From Marsupella aquatica (Eukaryota; Plantae; Marchantiophyta), in assembly GCA_973895155.1 (NCBI GenBank), contig OZ316894.1, positions 16,662,216-16,726,215 of the forward strand: DNA of 64,000 nucleotides, given 5' to 3'. The notes below the pieces were generated by a model, which was not told the DNA's origin, did no database searches, and saw only the letters and a program-made list of their open reading frames with translations. The position numbers were made by a program, and so were the translations under genes. Shown here piece by piece: positions 62,201 through 64,000 of the stretch (the stretch's first letter is position 1; every line of letters starts with the position of its first letter).

Positions 62201-64000
62201 AGCGAGGCAAGCTCTCGAAGGATTTTTGTTGGTGGCAAATATGGCTTTTACTTGTTTGTAACAAGCGGGTCTGGAAAAGGCGATTCAACAGTAGAGTGGA
62301 GGATAATGCTCTGTAGATGAGTTTATTAACCAATAATTAGCGATCGTCTCTGTACCCATTCTCAAACTGTTTAGTATAGGTGTGTTTGAATGCAGTTTCA
62401 TGTTGTGTGACTGCTCCCACATGACTTACATTCTGTTGAGCGTTTTGAAGACGTCATTTGGAATACATTCCTTACCCGGAGGCTTGCTGCATCCTGTGTC
62501 ATCAAACTAGGCTGGCAAAGGGGGTGAGCTGACCCATGACGAAACTACGATTATCAGTGGCGCTTTGGACCTGACCGAGAAGGTCAGCTTGCCAAATGGC
62601 AGTGAGTGGTGCCTTGACTCTTTTATGGTTTACGTTGTTACATATAGTCCATCCGTTAAAATTCTCCTCAGTGCGATGGATTTTAGGGGTGGCTTATATG
62701 GCTAGAAACTAACAGGGCATTTGCACATATGTCGAGAGTTAAGGGTCTTGGCCTAGAAACTATGTTCTTGATTATGAAGGTCAGCGTGACGTAGTTCACT
62801 GCTTGAATTGTGTGATGGAATGATCTATCGCGTCCAGCGGCTGGGGCCTTGTCGAGCACATACATGTAGCGCAATAACTCTAAGTGTATTTCAGGAAAGA
62901 GACGTTAGTGCCGTCTGGTAGATGTAAAGCTATTCAGTTGCTTTGGAAGTATCCAGAACATTTACTGGCGGATCTCCCATTGCAGACAGCTGAGGAGGCT
63001 ATGACGCCCATTGAATCAACGTTCTCCATAGACGTGAACTCTAAGTTGGATTGGTATGTTATGTACTTCCTAACCGAATTTTCTGAGAAGCTGAGGTTGG
63101 CCCATACGTTCCAAAGTGATTTAACCGGACGTGGTGTCCAGCCATGATCCATAACAGAGTTAAAATGCGATGGAGGGTACCAGTGTGATGTTTGCATCCC
63201 TACCTTCTCTATACTGATGATTCTATTCAACTTTGTCGGTCAGGGAAGCCATGGGTAAAATTCTTGCTCGGGGTCATAGTCGGGTCCCAGTGTACGATGG
63301 GAATCCACGGAATATAATTGGTTTATTGTTGGTGAGTATCTCCACTGCCGAGTTATTTGACAGAAGTAACCGGAGGATTAAGCCTTCTTATTAATGCTTT
63401 ATGCAATAGTCTATTTTTGGGGTGGTAGTTTGTGACATCATTACATGTCACAAGCGCCTCCCGTACCTTCTTATATTAGTGAGGACTTTTAATTAAACTA
63501 TGGATGAACTTAACAGGTGAAGAGCCTTTTGACAGTTCGTGCAGAGGCTGAGACTCCTGTTAGTGCTGTTTCTATAAGGAAGATTCCAAGGTATGATCTT
63601 TCTTTTGCTGCCGCCGGCTCTCTGGGTACCAGGGGTTGATTTACATAACATATTTGGGTGTGTTTATTGACCGAGAGACTCTCATTCTAGGTGACTCTAG
63701 GTAATTATTGACCGTAACCATCCTGTTTATACGGGTTGAAGCCTTGGGGTTACATGACTTCTTCATTTCTTTTCTTTGTGATTAAATTGTACATCCAAGG
63801 CTCAATTTTGGAGACGCTTGTTGGCACTGACAGTTGTGTTTGAACAGAAGAAGCCAACCTGGACAGCTGAATCTATCAAAATTAGATGTAACAACAAAAT
63901 GGATAAATGCTGGATGCTTAGAAGGCTCCTAATAGCATAAGGGTTGTTTCCAATTTGCAGAGTCCCAGCAGATTTACCTCTCTACGACATGTTGAATGAA
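59225..64000 (+). CDS. DUF21/CNNM transmembrane + CBS domain protein (At4g14240/CBSDUF-like, putative Mg2+ transporter); 3' end truncated by the window
   Basis: Exons 59225-59411, 60770-60846, 61107-61190, 61668-61781, 62007-62093, 62511-62582, 62986-63053, 63244-63331, 63517-63590, 63961->64000. Motifs [79 protein letters not shown]. Confidence 0.95.

Noticed and set aside
2322-64000. The gene set as a functional cluster or novel pathway
   Set aside because: The functions (metabolism, cell wall, trafficking, nuclear envelope, nucleotide sanitation, plastid, Mg transport) are unrelated. Nothing suggests co-regulation beyond the SUN tandem pair.

Overview
Eukaryotic, intron-rich land-plant nuclear DNA. 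Gene content and style suggest a non-seed plant such as a Marchantia-like liverwort, which is inference. Eight spliced protein-coding genes can be rebuilt with phase-consistent exon chains. In order: a FAH-superfamily hydrolase with a long Ser-rich N-terminus (+); a GT47/exostosin ARAD1-like glycosyltransferase (+); a ~1043-aa protein with an N-terminal CxxC..CxxC module and ~20 DFxDFF-type repeats (-); two tandem C-terminal-SUN nuclear-envelope proteins (+); a NUDT1-like Nudix hydrolase (+); a cyanobacterial-type GIY-YIG protein with a duplicated first coding exon (+); and a DUF21/CNNM-CBS protein that runs off the right edge (+). The intergenic DNA holds non-autonomous transposons: four copies of one Helitron-like family (one with its empty site visible in a neighbouring tandem repeat), a TA-flanked Tc1/mariner-type MITE, two inverted Tourist-like MITEs and a modular TIR element. 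It also holds a ~300-bp-arm inverted repeat and many short tandem duplications. I found no rRNA, tRNA, CRISPR array or clearly new multi-gene system. The best leads are the duplicated first exon of the GIY-YIG gene, the adaptor-binding-like motif expansion, the SUN tandem pair, the Helitron family and the long hairpin. All alignments were done by eye.
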